Of a stretch of 35,731 nt of DNA, positions 27,179 through 35,731 are shown piece after piece. This stretch comes from Dehalococcoidia bacterium (lineage in GTDB: Bacteria > Chloroflexota > Dehalococcoidia > Bin125). How positions within the stretch are numbered: the first letter of the stretch is position 1; the number at the start of each line of letters is the position of its first letter. The DNA lies in NCBI GenBank assembly GCA_007571275.1, contig RKRS01000050.1, forward strand, positions 1 to 35,731, read 5' to 3'. The notes under the pieces were generated by a model. It made no database searches. It worked only from the letters and a program-made list of their open reading frames with translations, and was not told the DNA's origin. Position numbers and translations under genes: made by a program.

Positions 27179-28072
27179 ATGACTCAACGCATCAACGCAT
27201 TCCCCGAACTCGAGCGCGACCTGCGGTTCTTTCCACTGGGCGTGGATCAGCCCCGTCACCTCTCCGCTGAGCAGATTCAGCAGTACAACGAGCGGGGCTA
27301 CGTCTTCCCGATCGATATCTTCTCACCCTCAGAGATCGAACAGATCCGCAGCTACTTTGACGAACTCTTGCCCAAGGCGCTGGAGGCAGGCTGGAACAGC
27401 TATGAGCTGACCAACTGGCATAAACACTGTCAGGGCGTCTGGGACATCGTCACCGACAGTCGGATCATCGACGTGATGGAAGACATGCTGGGCGAGACGG
27501 TGATCCTGCGTCACAGCCACTTCTTCGCCAAGTTGCCGGGCGACGGGATGCGGGTCAGCTGGCACCAGGATGCGTCCTACTGGCCGTTGACGCCGAGCAA
27601 AGTCGTCTCCGCCTGGTTGGCGATTGATGACGTCGACCTCGGCAACGGAGCGATGCAAGTGATTCCCGGCTCACACCTCAAGGCCCAGGTCGAGTTCCGT
27701 GACAGTACGACCGGTGAGCGCAACGTGCTCAATCAGACGGTCGAGAACCCCGAAGCGCATGGCGATCCGCCCGTCGCGCTGGAACTGCAGGCGGGACAGA
27801 TATCCCTGCATAGCGACTGGGTGCTGCACGGCTCAGAACCCAATGAGTCGAACCGTCGGCGCTGCGGTCTGGCAATGCGCTATCTGTCCAGGGATGTTCG
27901 CGCTTACAACGGCTGGAACGACAACTCGATCGTGTGCCGTGGTCAGGAACCCACCGGCCACTGGGCCAATCATCCCCGTCCGAGCGGGGAGCTGATCCCG
28001 ATCAAGGACGCCATCGAAGATCCGACCTCGGTCAGTATGGAGCAACGCAGCGGCGAGACCGAGAGCGACTAG
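27179..28072 (+). CDS. PhyH-family Fe(II)/2-oxoglutarate dioxygenase
   Basis: WHQDASYW, AWLAIDD...NGAMQVIPGSH, LHGSEPN, RRCG. Confidence 0.92.
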   Translation: MTQRINAFPELERDLRFFPLGVDQPRHLSAEQIQQYNERGYVFPIDIFSPSEIEQIRSYFDELLPKALEAGWNSYELTNWHKHCQGVWDIVTDSRIIDVMEDMLGETVILRHSHFFAKLPGDGMRVSWHQDASYWPLTPSKVVSAWLAIDDVDLGNGAMQVIPGSHLKAQVEFRDSTTGERNVLNQTVENPEAHGDPPVALELQAGQISLHSDWVLHGSEPNESNRRRCGLAMRYLSRDVRAYNGWNDNSIVCRGQEPTGHWANHPRPSGELIPIKDAIEDPTSVSMEQRSGETESD

Positions 28073-29850
28073 CCAGAGCCATTCCGGGCCGACCACGAGC
28101 GTTGTGGCCGCGCCTGCGCCACCCAAACCATCGCAGCATTGCCATTCGCCGAGCGCGTTTCGTTACCGCTGCCATTGGTCGCACGGCCAACTGTTGACAC
28201 AACTGGAGTCACGGTTGCCGGTTCGGGGCGCTGCACGACCGTCCCATGAGCTATCTCGGGCTCGTCGTGTTCACCGGTGCGGAGCCGCTTCTCACGCAAG
28301 GTGAGTACGGTGACCAGCGCCGCCACCCCGACGCCGACGGAGATCCAGAAGTTGCTGGTGATCGCTACGGCGAGCGCCTCGGGCAACGCTGCGATGACTT
28401 GCTGGAATTGTTCTACACCGAGTTCGGCCTGCAGGCTGGTTCTGGCCTCTTCGTTCAGTAGCTGGTCTGGATCGGCACGCGCAGCGAGATCGGCGGGCAG
28501 CCGCGCGACGAGCTCACTCGTCAATCGCCCGGTTACCAACGCGCCGACCAGTGTGACGCCGATAATCCCACCGATCTCCTGGAAGAACTGGGTAGCTCCC
28601 GAGATCGTGCCGAGCATGCTCTGCGGCAGCGCGTTCTGAGCCGCCACCATCAGGGAGGGAAAGAGCAACCCTAACCCGCTGCCGAATAGCACCAGGCGCC
28701 AGATCACATCGATGGGCGCGGTTTCGGTGCTGAGCTGTGTCATCAGCCAACCGCTCACCACGATGATGACGCCAGCGCAGATCGAAAGCATTTTGTAGCG
28801 ACCGGTGCGCGCGATGACCTGACCGGCGATCGTCGCTGTCACTACCAGCGAGATGATCTCGCTGCTCAGCAACAATCCGGAGGCGGTCGGTGAGTAACCC
28901 AGCACGCCCTGCATGAAGTAAGCGAGGAAGAACGTGACGCCGAACAGTCCAGCGCCGATCACGGCCATCACGAAGGCAGCCACGCGGAACGTATGGTTGC
29001 GGAACAGCTGACCGGGCAAGATCGGCTCAGCCGCAGCGCGCTCGGCGCGGATAAAGCCGAGCACGCCGATGGCTGACACGCCAAACAGCGCCAGCGTTTT
29101 CACGTCTAGCCAGGCGGTACCGGTCGTGACCAGTCCCAGGGCGAGCATCGCCGGCATCAGGGCCAGCAGCATCGCGCCGATACCCCACCAGTCGATCACG
29201 ACTCGGCGCGGCGGCGGCCGCAACCACGGCATGATCACCGCAATCGAGGTGAATGCCAGCGCCGCCAGCGGCAGCACCGCCCAGAACACCCAGCGCCAGT
29301 TCAGCGCATCGACGATCAGCCCACCCAACAGTGGGCCAACCAGCCCGCCGATCCCGAAGACGGCAGCGAAGACGCCCATGTACTTCGCGCGCTCCGCGGG
29401 CGGAAAGAGGTCGCCCGAGATCGAGAAGGTGTTCGCCATCAGGATGCCGCCACCGATGCCTTGCAGCGCGCGGAAGCCGATCAGCATCTCCATCGACGTC
29501 GCAAACCCGGCCAACGCCGTCGCGCCGGCGAAGATCACCAGGCCAACCAGCAGGAACGGCTTGCGGCCATAGACATCGGACATGCGCCCGGCGATCGCCA
29601 CCGCTGGCACCGAGGTCGCCATGAAGGCGGACTCCATGAAGGCGATCAGATCGACGCGACCGAGATCGGCGGCCAGAACGGGGGTCGCGGTGGCGACGAT
29701 TGAGTGCTGCACGGCCGAGAGGAACATCGCCACCACGGCGCTGCCCAGGATCAGCATCTTGGTGCGATGCGGCAAGCGGAAACCGACCGTGGCGGCGGTC
29801 GGCGTCGTGCCTGGCGTGCCTGAAGCTGTGTCTGCTGGCGCGTGGCTCAT
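28069..29850 (-). CDS. MFS transporter, DHA2 (EmrB/QacA-like) 14-TM family
   Basis: GRMSDVYGRK, RALQGIGGG, GPLLGG, WRWVFW, EPILP. Confidence 0.92.
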   Translation of the reverse strand: MSHAPADTASGTPGTTPTAATVGFRLPHRTKMLILGSAVVAMFLSAVQHSIVATATPVLAADLGRVDLIAFMESAFMATSVPAVAIAGRMSDVYGRKPFLLVGLVIFAGATALAGFATSMEMLIGFRALQGIGGGILMANTFSISGDLFPPAERAKYMGVFAAVFGIGGLVGPLLGGLIVDALNWRWVFWAVLPLAALAFTSIAVIMPWLRPPPRRVVIDWWGIGAMLLALMPAMLALGLVTTGTAWLDVKTLALFGVSAIGVLGFIRAERAAAEPILPGQLFRNHTFRVAAFVMAVIGAGLFGVTFFLAYFMQGVLGYSPTASGLLLSSEIISLVVTATIAGQVIARTGRYKMLSICAGVIIVVSGWLMTQLSTETAPIDVIWRLVLFGSGLGLLFPSLMVAAQNALPQSMLGTISGATQFFQEIGGIIGVTLVGALVTGRLTSELVARLPADLAARADPDQLLNEEARTSLQAELGVEQFQQVIAALPEALAVAITSNFWISVGVGVAALVTVLTLREKRLRTGEHDEPEIAHGTVVQRPEPATVTPVVSTVGRATNGSGNETRSANGNAAMVWVAQARPQRSWSARNGSG

Positions 29851-29986
29851 GGACGGCTCGGTGTGTTCATGGTTCAGGCTAACGGCGCCAGTTGCGAGGC
29901 TCGTGATCCAGACGCATCTCCCTCCTCGAAATCGCTAGCCTCAGGGTCGATGTGACATGTGGTTGGCGCATCAGGAAGGAATCAAG

Positions 29987-31603
29987 ATGGAACTGCTCTT
30001 TACCGGCGGACGCGTGTTGACGATTGATCCGCTCGATCGCATTGCGAGCGGTGTCGCCGTACGGGATGGTCGGATCATCGCCGTCGGGGACAGCGATGAG
30101 GTGCGGTCGGCCGTTGGACCCGACGCTATGACCGTTGACCTGCAGGGGCGGGCGCTGATTCCCGGCTTCTGCGATCCACACAACCACTTCTCGATGACCA
30201 CCTTCGAGCCGCGCTCGGTCGATTGTCATACACCGCCATTGGCTGGCAAGTCGTCCGTGCTCGACGCACTGGCCGCCGCCGCCGATGGCAGCCCCGACGG
30301 CCAATGGATCTGGGGTCTCGGATATAGCACTCGAGATATCGGCGGCACCGGCGAAGAGATGCTGCTGCGCCACGAGCTCGACGACGTCGCGCCCAACAAC
30401 CCCGTCTGCGTGATGGATTCCTCGTATCACGCCTGCTATGCCAACTCGGCGGCGATGGCGTTGGTCGGAATCAACCGCGACATGCCCAATCCTCGCGGTG
30501 GCGAAATCCTCAAGGACGGCAGCGGCGAGCCGAACGGCGTGCTCTGGGAACGGGCGATGGACCCGGTCCATCACGCCTCGATGCGTTCCTATATCGACAC
30601 CTTCGGCTCCGACGTGGTGGCCGGCCTGGTCGAGCAGAATGCGCTGCGTCACCTCTCGCACGGCATCACCAGCGTCGGTGACGCCCTGGTCATGCCCGAG
30701 AGCGCAGAGATCTACCGACTGACCGACGAGCGCGGCAAGTTGCCGATCGTGATTCACCAAATGCGGGGCGGGCCAGGATTCTTCGCGGCGCCCGAGGAAG
30801 CGGCTGGCGGCGCGTTCATGGAAGACGACGTCTCCGATCGCCTGCGCGGCGGGATCGTCAAGATCTTCATGGATCCGGTCTGGCCCAGTCCGGCCATGAC
30901 GATCTGTCACGAGGACGGCACGACAGAGCCCGTCGGAGAGCCGTACTACGGACAGGAAGAGGTCGATCACCTCGTCCTTGACGCCGCTTCGCACGGATTA
31001 CAGGTCGCGATTCATTGCATTGGCAACCGCGCGGTCGAGCAGGGACTGAACGCCTTCGAGCGCGCCCAGCGCGAGATTCCCCGCTCCGATCCGCGCTACC
31101 GGATTGAACACTTCGCTTTCGCCACGCCCGAGCAGATCGCGCGGGCGAGCTCGCTCGGAGTGATCATTTCTCACCAACCACCGTTCCTCAATGCGATCGG
31201 TGAATACTTCGAGACCCGCATCGCTGAGGCCGGTCTCGACGCCGTGCCGATCCCGTATCGCTCGATGCTGGACGAGGGTGTCTTTGTCGCGTCCGGTTCC
31301 GACTTTCCCTGCGCACCGGTCGAGCCGTTGCTTGGCCTGTACGGTCTGGTCGCCCGAACTGCTCGCGATGGCCGTCCGGTCGCGGCCGACCAGGCAATCA
31401 CGCCGCTCAAGGCGCTGCGGACGTACACGCTCAACTCAGCCACTGCGATGTTCCGTGAGCACGAAGTGGGCTCAATCGAAGTCGGAAAACGAGCCGATCT
31501 GGTTGTCCTCAGCCACGATCCAACGCTGGTCGCTCCGACCTACATCAGCGAGATCGTGGTGCAGCAAACCTACGTCGATGGCCAGTTGGAATACATGGTC
31601 TGA
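29987..31603 (+). CDS. Amidohydrolase family 3 (YtcJ-like) metallohydrolase
   Basis: PGFCDPHNH, IHCIGNRA, RIEH, GSDFP, GSIEVGKRADLVVL. Confidence 0.92.
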   Translation: MELLFTGGRVLTIDPLDRIASGVAVRDGRIIAVGDSDEVRSAVGPDAMTVDLQGRALIPGFCDPHNHFSMTTFEPRSVDCHTPPLAGKSSVLDALAAAADGSPDGQWIWGLGYSTRDIGGTGEEMLLRHELDDVAPNNPVCVMDSSYHACYANSAAMALVGINRDMPNPRGGEILKDGSGEPNGVLWERAMDPVHHASMRSYIDTFGSDVVAGLVEQNALRHLSHGITSVGDALVMPESAEIYRLTDERGKLPIVIHQMRGGPGFFAAPEEAAGGAFMEDDVSDRLRGGIVKIFMDPVWPSPAMTICHEDGTTEPVGEPYYGQEEVDHLVLDAASHGLQVAIHCIGNRAVEQGLNAFERAQREIPRSDPRYRIEHFAFATPEQIARASSLGVIISHQPPFLNAIGEYFETRIAEAGLDAVPIPYRSMLDEGVFVASGSDFPCAPVEPLLGLYGLVARTARDGRPVAADQAITPLKALRTYTLNSATAMFREHEVGSIEVGKRADLVVLSHDPTLVAPTYISEIVVQQTYVDGQLEYMV

Positions 31604-31666
31604 GATCCAAGCCTGACTCTGATACAACGGTTAGCCTCGGGAAGCCTGCCGGCGTCCGATGATGGA

Positions 31667-32890
31667 GTGCGCGTGACCAACCAACAATCGCAGCCGGAAC
31701 CGTTGTTCAAGGGACTCAAGGTGGTTGAAATGGCCACCTGGCTCTTTGGCCCGATGTGCGCCTGTGTCTTGGGCGAACTCGGCGCCGACGTCGTCAAGAT
31801 CGAGCCGCATGAAGGCGATCCGATGCGCGGGCTCATCCATCGCGTCCGTGACCACGTTGACTGGGTCTTTGAGCTGGCCAATCGGAACAAGCGCAGTGTG
31901 GCGCTCAACGTGCGCAGCTCCGAGGGTCAGGAGGCGCTGCGCAGGCTGTTGGCCGATGCGGACGTGTTCATCGTCAACCTGCGTCGGGGCGCGCTTGAGC
32001 GATTGGGGATCGACTACGCGTCGCTCAAGCCTGATCACCCCAGGCTGATCTACGCGCACGCCACGGGCTACGGCACGGAAGGTCCTGATATCGACCGACC
32101 GGCGTTCGACGAGCTGGCCTACTGGGCGCGCGGCGGCTTCATGTCGACTCTGGGGCCGCCCGACAGCGAACCGGTTCGGCTCGTCGGCGCGATGGGGGAT
32201 CTGCCCAGCGCGATGAACATCTCGGCGGCGATCTTCGCCGCGCTGTACCAGCGTGAGCTGACTGGCAACGGTCAATTCGTCACCTGTTCGCTCTACGGCG
32301 GCGGGATTTGGGCGAACGGGTTCGCCATCCAGGGAGCGCTGTCGACCGGTCAGAATTTCCCGCGTACTGATCGCTACACGGCGTTCAACCCGCTCTATAA
32401 CTCCTACCAGGCCGCCGATGGCAGATGGATGCAGCTAGCGATGATCCAGGAAGAACGATTCTGGGGGCCGTTCGCTGAGGTGATCGAGCTACCCATCCTG
32501 ACCGAGGACGCCCGCTTCGCCGTTGCCGCCGATCGACGCGACCACATTCGTGAGGCGGTGGCGCTGATCGAGCAGCGGATCGGTGAAGAGCCACGCGATC
32601 ACTGGGCGACGCTATTCGACGCCAACGATTTCCCCTGGGCGCCGGCTGCTGATGGGCTGGAGATCTCTGAGGACCCGCAGGCCTCGGCCAATGGCTATGT
32701 GCGGTTGATGGAGCACAAGATTGCGGGGGAGTTCAAGATTCTCGGCGTACCATTCCAGCTTGAGCAAGCGCCAACGACCAACTACTCAAGCGCTCCTGAG
32801 CTGGGTGAGCATACGGAACTGGTCCTGGAAGAGCTGGGCTACGACTGGGACGCAATTACGCGGATGAAGCAGGCCGGGGCAATCCCCTGA
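31667..32890 (+). CDS. Class III CoA-transferase (CaiB/BaiF family)
   Basis: LGADVVKIEP..GDPMR, NRNKRS, PAFD, MGD catalytic Asp region, APELGEHT. Confidence 0.93.
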   Translation: MRVTNQQSQPEPLFKGLKVVEMATWLFGPMCACVLGELGADVVKIEPHEGDPMRGLIHRVRDHVDWVFELANRNKRSVALNVRSSEGQEALRRLLADADVFIVNLRRGALERLGIDYASLKPDHPRLIYAHATGYGTEGPDIDRPAFDELAYWARGGFMSTLGPPDSEPVRLVGAMGDLPSAMNISAAIFAALYQRELTGNGQFVTCSLYGGGIWANGFAIQGALSTGQNFPRTDRYTAFNPLYNSYQAADGRWMQLAMIQEERFWGPFAEVIELPILTEDARFAVAADRRDHIREAVALIEQRIGEEPRDHWATLFDANDFPWAPAADGLEISEDPQASANGYVRLMEHKIAGEFKILGVPFQLEQAPTTNYSSAPELGEHTELVLEELGYDWDAITRMKQAGAIP

Positions 32891-32920
32891 CCTGACCGTC
32901 GCGAGCGAAAGGTAGATGCC

Positions 32921-33808
32921 ATGCCCGAGATCATCGATTTCAGGGTCACGCTACCACCGCGTGAGTACACCGACCCCGCCGGCGCTGGCGACGAGCGCTT
33001 TAGCGACTCCAGCTACCTGGCCAACTACAACCGTATCTACACGCGCGAACGTGGTGGCGGGCGCGACGCCGCGGCGATGGTCGCTGCAATTGGCGAGGCC
33101 GGCATCGACCGCGCCGTCCTCCAGGCTGAGTGGGCGGCGGGCGACTATCGGGCGATGAATGACGCGGTGCATCGGATCGTCGCCGACTATCCCGACGTGC
33201 TGACCGGCTATGTCACGGTCAACCCGGACGCTGGCGACGACATGGCTGCGGTCGTTGAGCGCGAGGTCCGTGAGCGCGACGCCAAAGGCGTCAACCTGCA
33301 ACCGTTCTCCTATCGCGTCCTGGCCAACGACAAACGCTTCTATCCGCTCTATGCGAAGTGCCAGGAGCTTGGCGTTCCGGTCACGATTCACTCGTCGATC
33401 AACTTCTCCAACGACCGCTCCATCGAGTTCGGCCGTCCACTCTATCTCTGCGAGATCGCCTGCGACTTCCCCGATCTGGTGATCGTGGCCAACCATGGTG
33501 GCTGGCCCTGGGTCAATGAGCTGGTCGCGATCGCCTGGAAGCACGCCAATGTCTACATCGAGATCGGCGCGGTCGCACCCAAGTACATCGGTACGCCGAG
33601 CACGGGCTGGGAGACGCTGATGCAGTATGGCAACTCGTCACTGCTCAGCGACCGCGTCCTCTTCGCAACCGACAACATGATCCCATTCCAGCGCGCGGTG
33701 CAGGAGTTGCAGGCATTGCCGCTCAAGGATCGGGTCAGGGAAGGCTGGCTGGGCGGGAACGCCGCGCGCCTGCTCGCTCAGGTGGAAGATCGCCTGTCAG
33801 TGCTGTGA
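32921..33808 (+). CDS. Amidohydrolase family 2 (LigI/ACMSD-like TIM barrel) protein
   Basis: YPLYAKCQELGVPVTIH, FPDLVIVANHGG, NVYIE, RVLFATD, GGNAARL. Confidence 0.9.
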   Translation: MPEIIDFRVTLPPREYTDPAGAGDERFSDSSYLANYNRIYTRERGGGRDAAAMVAAIGEAGIDRAVLQAEWAAGDYRAMNDAVHRIVADYPDVLTGYVTVNPDAGDDMAAVVEREVRERDAKGVNLQPFSYRVLANDKRFYPLYAKCQELGVPVTIHSSINFSNDRSIEFGRPLYLCEIACDFPDLVIVANHGGWPWVNELVAIAWKHANVYIEIGAVAPKYIGTPSTGWETLMQYGNSSLLSDRVLFATDNMIPFQRAVQELQALPLKDRVREGWLGGNAARLLAQVEDRLSVL

Positions 33809-33857
33809 TGCGTCCAGCGACCGTCTGGCTGGAGAGTTCGCTCAGGGTTGATCTCGA

Positions 33858-34343
33858 ATGACTCATTACAACTACCGCGCTACCAGACTCTTTGCGCTTG
33901 CGGCGCTTTCAGTCTGTCTCATGCTGCTCGCCGCGGCATGTAGTGGCGAGGACGCCAGTAGCGATGACACAGGCGCATACGAAGCGACACAGTCCAGTGA
34001 TACGACAGTGGCGTCGGTGACTGAGGGTGAGCTGTCACAGGCTGGCCTGGCCGGCGAGCGGCTGTTTATCGCCAACTGCTCGAGCTGTCATGGTCTGCAG
34101 GCTTCAGGGACAGCGCAGGGGCCGCCGCTGGTGCACGAGATCTACGAATCCGGACACCATTCCAATGCCAGCTTCGTCATCGCCGTCGCGCGCGGCGTGC
34201 GTCAACATCACTGGCAGTTTGGCAACATGCCAGCCGTGCCCGATCTGTCAATCGACGAGATTCACCAAGTCATCTGCTACGTGCGCGAGCTACAACTGGC
34301 CAACGACATCATCGATCAGATACCGACGTCAACTCCCTGTTGA
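33858..34343 (+). CDS. Monoheme c-type cytochrome lipoprotein
   Basis: LAAAC lipobox, CSSCH heme motif, GPPL, GNMPA axial Met. Confidence 0.9.
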   Translation: MTHYNYRATRLFALAALSVCLMLLAAACSGEDASSDDTGAYEATQSSDTTVASVTEGELSQAGLAGERLFIANCSSCHGLQASGTAQGPPLVHEIYESGHHSNASFVIAVARGVRQHHWQFGNMPAVPDLSIDEIHQVICYVRELQLANDIIDQIPTSTPC

Positions 34344-34368
34344 TCGGACGCCCGGTTCTCAATGCTGT

Positions 34369-35559
34369 TTAGCCGACGACGCCGTCCGCTTTCAGTCTGG
34401 CAATCGCTTCTGCAGCGCAACCGATTTCTTCGAGCAGCGCGTCGGTGTCCTGTCCCAGCTCGGGGCCCAGCGACTTGACCCGGCCCTGTGCGCCGTTGGC
34501 GCGGATCGGCGAGCCGACGGTGGTCAGCGAACCGAAGCGCTTGTCCTCATACTGGACGATGTATTCGTTGGCCGCCGCCTGCTCATCCCGGGCGATCATC
34601 GGATAATCCTGGATCAGGGTGCTGGGCACCTCTTCCGCGTCGAAGCGGATTGGCCACTCTGCAGCGGGACGGGTGCAGATCGTCGACGCGACTTCGCGGC
34701 GTAGCTCGTCCATATTGGCGTTGCGATCAGCTAGCGTGGCGAAACGCGCATCGCTGAGCAGGTCTTCGCGCTCGAGCGCTCGGCACATTGGCGCCCAGCG
34801 GTCGGTGATGTAGCCGACGAAGAGCCAGTCGCCGTCGGAGCCTTGGGCTTGCAGGGTGAACATGTTGGAGATCGGCATGTTCCTCGCGGACGGCACGATG
34901 TTGCCGTTGGCGATTGCGTTGATCGCCGGCGCCCGACCCCAGATCTGGCTGCCGTACAGCGACGTCTGCACCAGCTGTCCCTCGCCAGTCCGCTCGCGCG
35001 CGACCAACGCGCTGGCGATGGCAAAGGCAAAGATCATGCCGCCGGTTTGGTCAGGATCAGGGGCCGCCACGTTCGCGTAGGGCTTGTCTCCACGGACGCC
35101 GTTGGCCCACATCCCGCCGCCAGCGGCGCCGGCGACTGAGGCCCAGGAGGTCGCGGTCGCGCGCGGTCCTTCCGGACCGAAGCCGCTGGCGCTTGCGTAG
35201 ACCAGACGCGGGTTGCGGACGCGCAGCTCGTCCCAACCGAGCCCGAGTCGCTCCATCACGCCGGGCTTGAAGTTCTCGGTGACGACGTCGACCCGCGTAA
35301 TCAGCTCATAGATCAAATTGCGACCTTCGGGCGCGCGGAGGGCGATGGCGATGCTGCGCTTGCCTCGGTGGTGGGTGTGGAAATACTGCGAGAACCCATC
35401 GGCGCGCTTGCCGACGTGCCGCGACGGGTCGCCGGTCTGCAGCCGCTCAACCTTAATCACCTCAGCGCCGAGATCGGACATCAGCACCGTCGCGGACGGT
35501 CCCTGTTGGAACTGGGTGAAGTCGAGCACGCGAATGCCGTCAAGTAGTTGGCTGGTCAT
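34369..35559 (-). CDS. Class III CoA-transferase (CaiB/BaiF family)
   Basis: LDGIRVLDFTQFQQGP, DLGAEVIKVE, RGKRSI, ENFKPG, PDQTGG, PELGQDT; GAGGGG SD. Confidence 0.93.
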   Translation of the reverse strand: MTSQLLDGIRVLDFTQFQQGPSATVLMSDLGAEVIKVERLQTGDPSRHVGKRADGFSQYFHTHHRGKRSIAIALRAPEGRNLIYELITRVDVVTENFKPGVMERLGLGWDELRVRNPRLVYASASGFGPEGPRATATSWASVAGAAGGGMWANGVRGDKPYANVAAPDPDQTGGMIFAFAIASALVARERTGEGQLVQTSLYGSQIWGRAPAINAIANGNIVPSARNMPISNMFTLQAQGSDGDWLFVGYITDRWAPMCRALEREDLLSDARFATLADRNANMDELRREVASTICTRPAAEWPIRFDAEEVPSTLIQDYPMIARDEQAAANEYIVQYEDKRFGSLTTVGSPIRANGAQGRVKSLGPELGQDTDALLEEIGCAAEAIARLKADGVVG

Positions 35560-35585
35560 GGTTCATCCCCTCAGTCAGTGAGATG

Positions 35586-35591
35586 ACTATA
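35586..35591 (-). promoter_or_regulatory. Candidate -10 element TATAGT for the last CoA-transferase
   Basis: ACTATA on the + strand, 26 nt upstream of the ATG at 35559. Confidence 0.45.
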
Positions 35592-35684
35592 GGCCAGAAC
35601 AGCAAGTCGCTTCGCCCACCATCAGGCTATGGGCGGCCTCATTCCCTCGCTCCTTGCTCAGGCTGCGAGTGACCTATTCCCATC

Positions 35685-35725
35685 GCTCCCCCTTTGGGGG
35701 AGCTGTCACGGAGTGACTGAGGGGG
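35685..35725. repeat. REP-like double hairpin at the window end
   Basis: GCTCCCCC-TTT-GGGGGAGC, then GTCAC-GGA-GTGAC, then TGAGGGGG. Confidence 0.65.
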
Positions 35726-35731
35726 CTTCGG

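Noticed and set aside
28069-28072. PhyH and MFS stop codons overlapping in CTAG
   Set aside because: Ordinary convergent overlap with no further signal.

Overview
High-GC bacterial chromosomal segment with about 35 genes; no rRNA, tRNA, CRISPR array or transposase was seen. Gene content (AAC-lipobox binding proteins, luciferase-like monooxygenase, PhyH dioxygenase, CoA-transferases, amidohydrolases) suggests a Chloroflexota/Dehalococcoidia-like heterotroph, which is inference only. Order along the window: (1) end of a pst operon (pstA, pstB, phoU), a membrane protein and two permease-less LolD-type ABC ATPases. (2) A tightly packed minus-strand run (mobA, three small hypotheticals, ltaE, lipoprotein) containing a lower-GC single-chain DNA methyltransferase-HNH nuclease fusion that looks precisely inserted. 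(3) yqeC, divergent from mobA across a 22-bp symmetric promoter that probably gives leaderless mRNAs both ways. (4) A 13-kb catabolic/uptake cluster: long LLM monooxygenase, AHL-lactonase-family hydrolase, duplicated Liv-type transporter (2 SBP, 2 LivH, 2 LivM, one LivG/LivF pair), GlcG/HbpS protein and a Crp/Fnr regulator. Two of its upstream regions share a 47-bp element with a TGTCA-N10-TGACR palindrome. (5) Hydrolases, PhyH, MFS, amidohydrolases, CoA-transferases and a cytochrome c. Two genes are frameshifted: SBP1 by an exact 16-bp tandem duplication and the Crp gene by +1 nt. All product calls come from visual motif recognition; no database searches were run.
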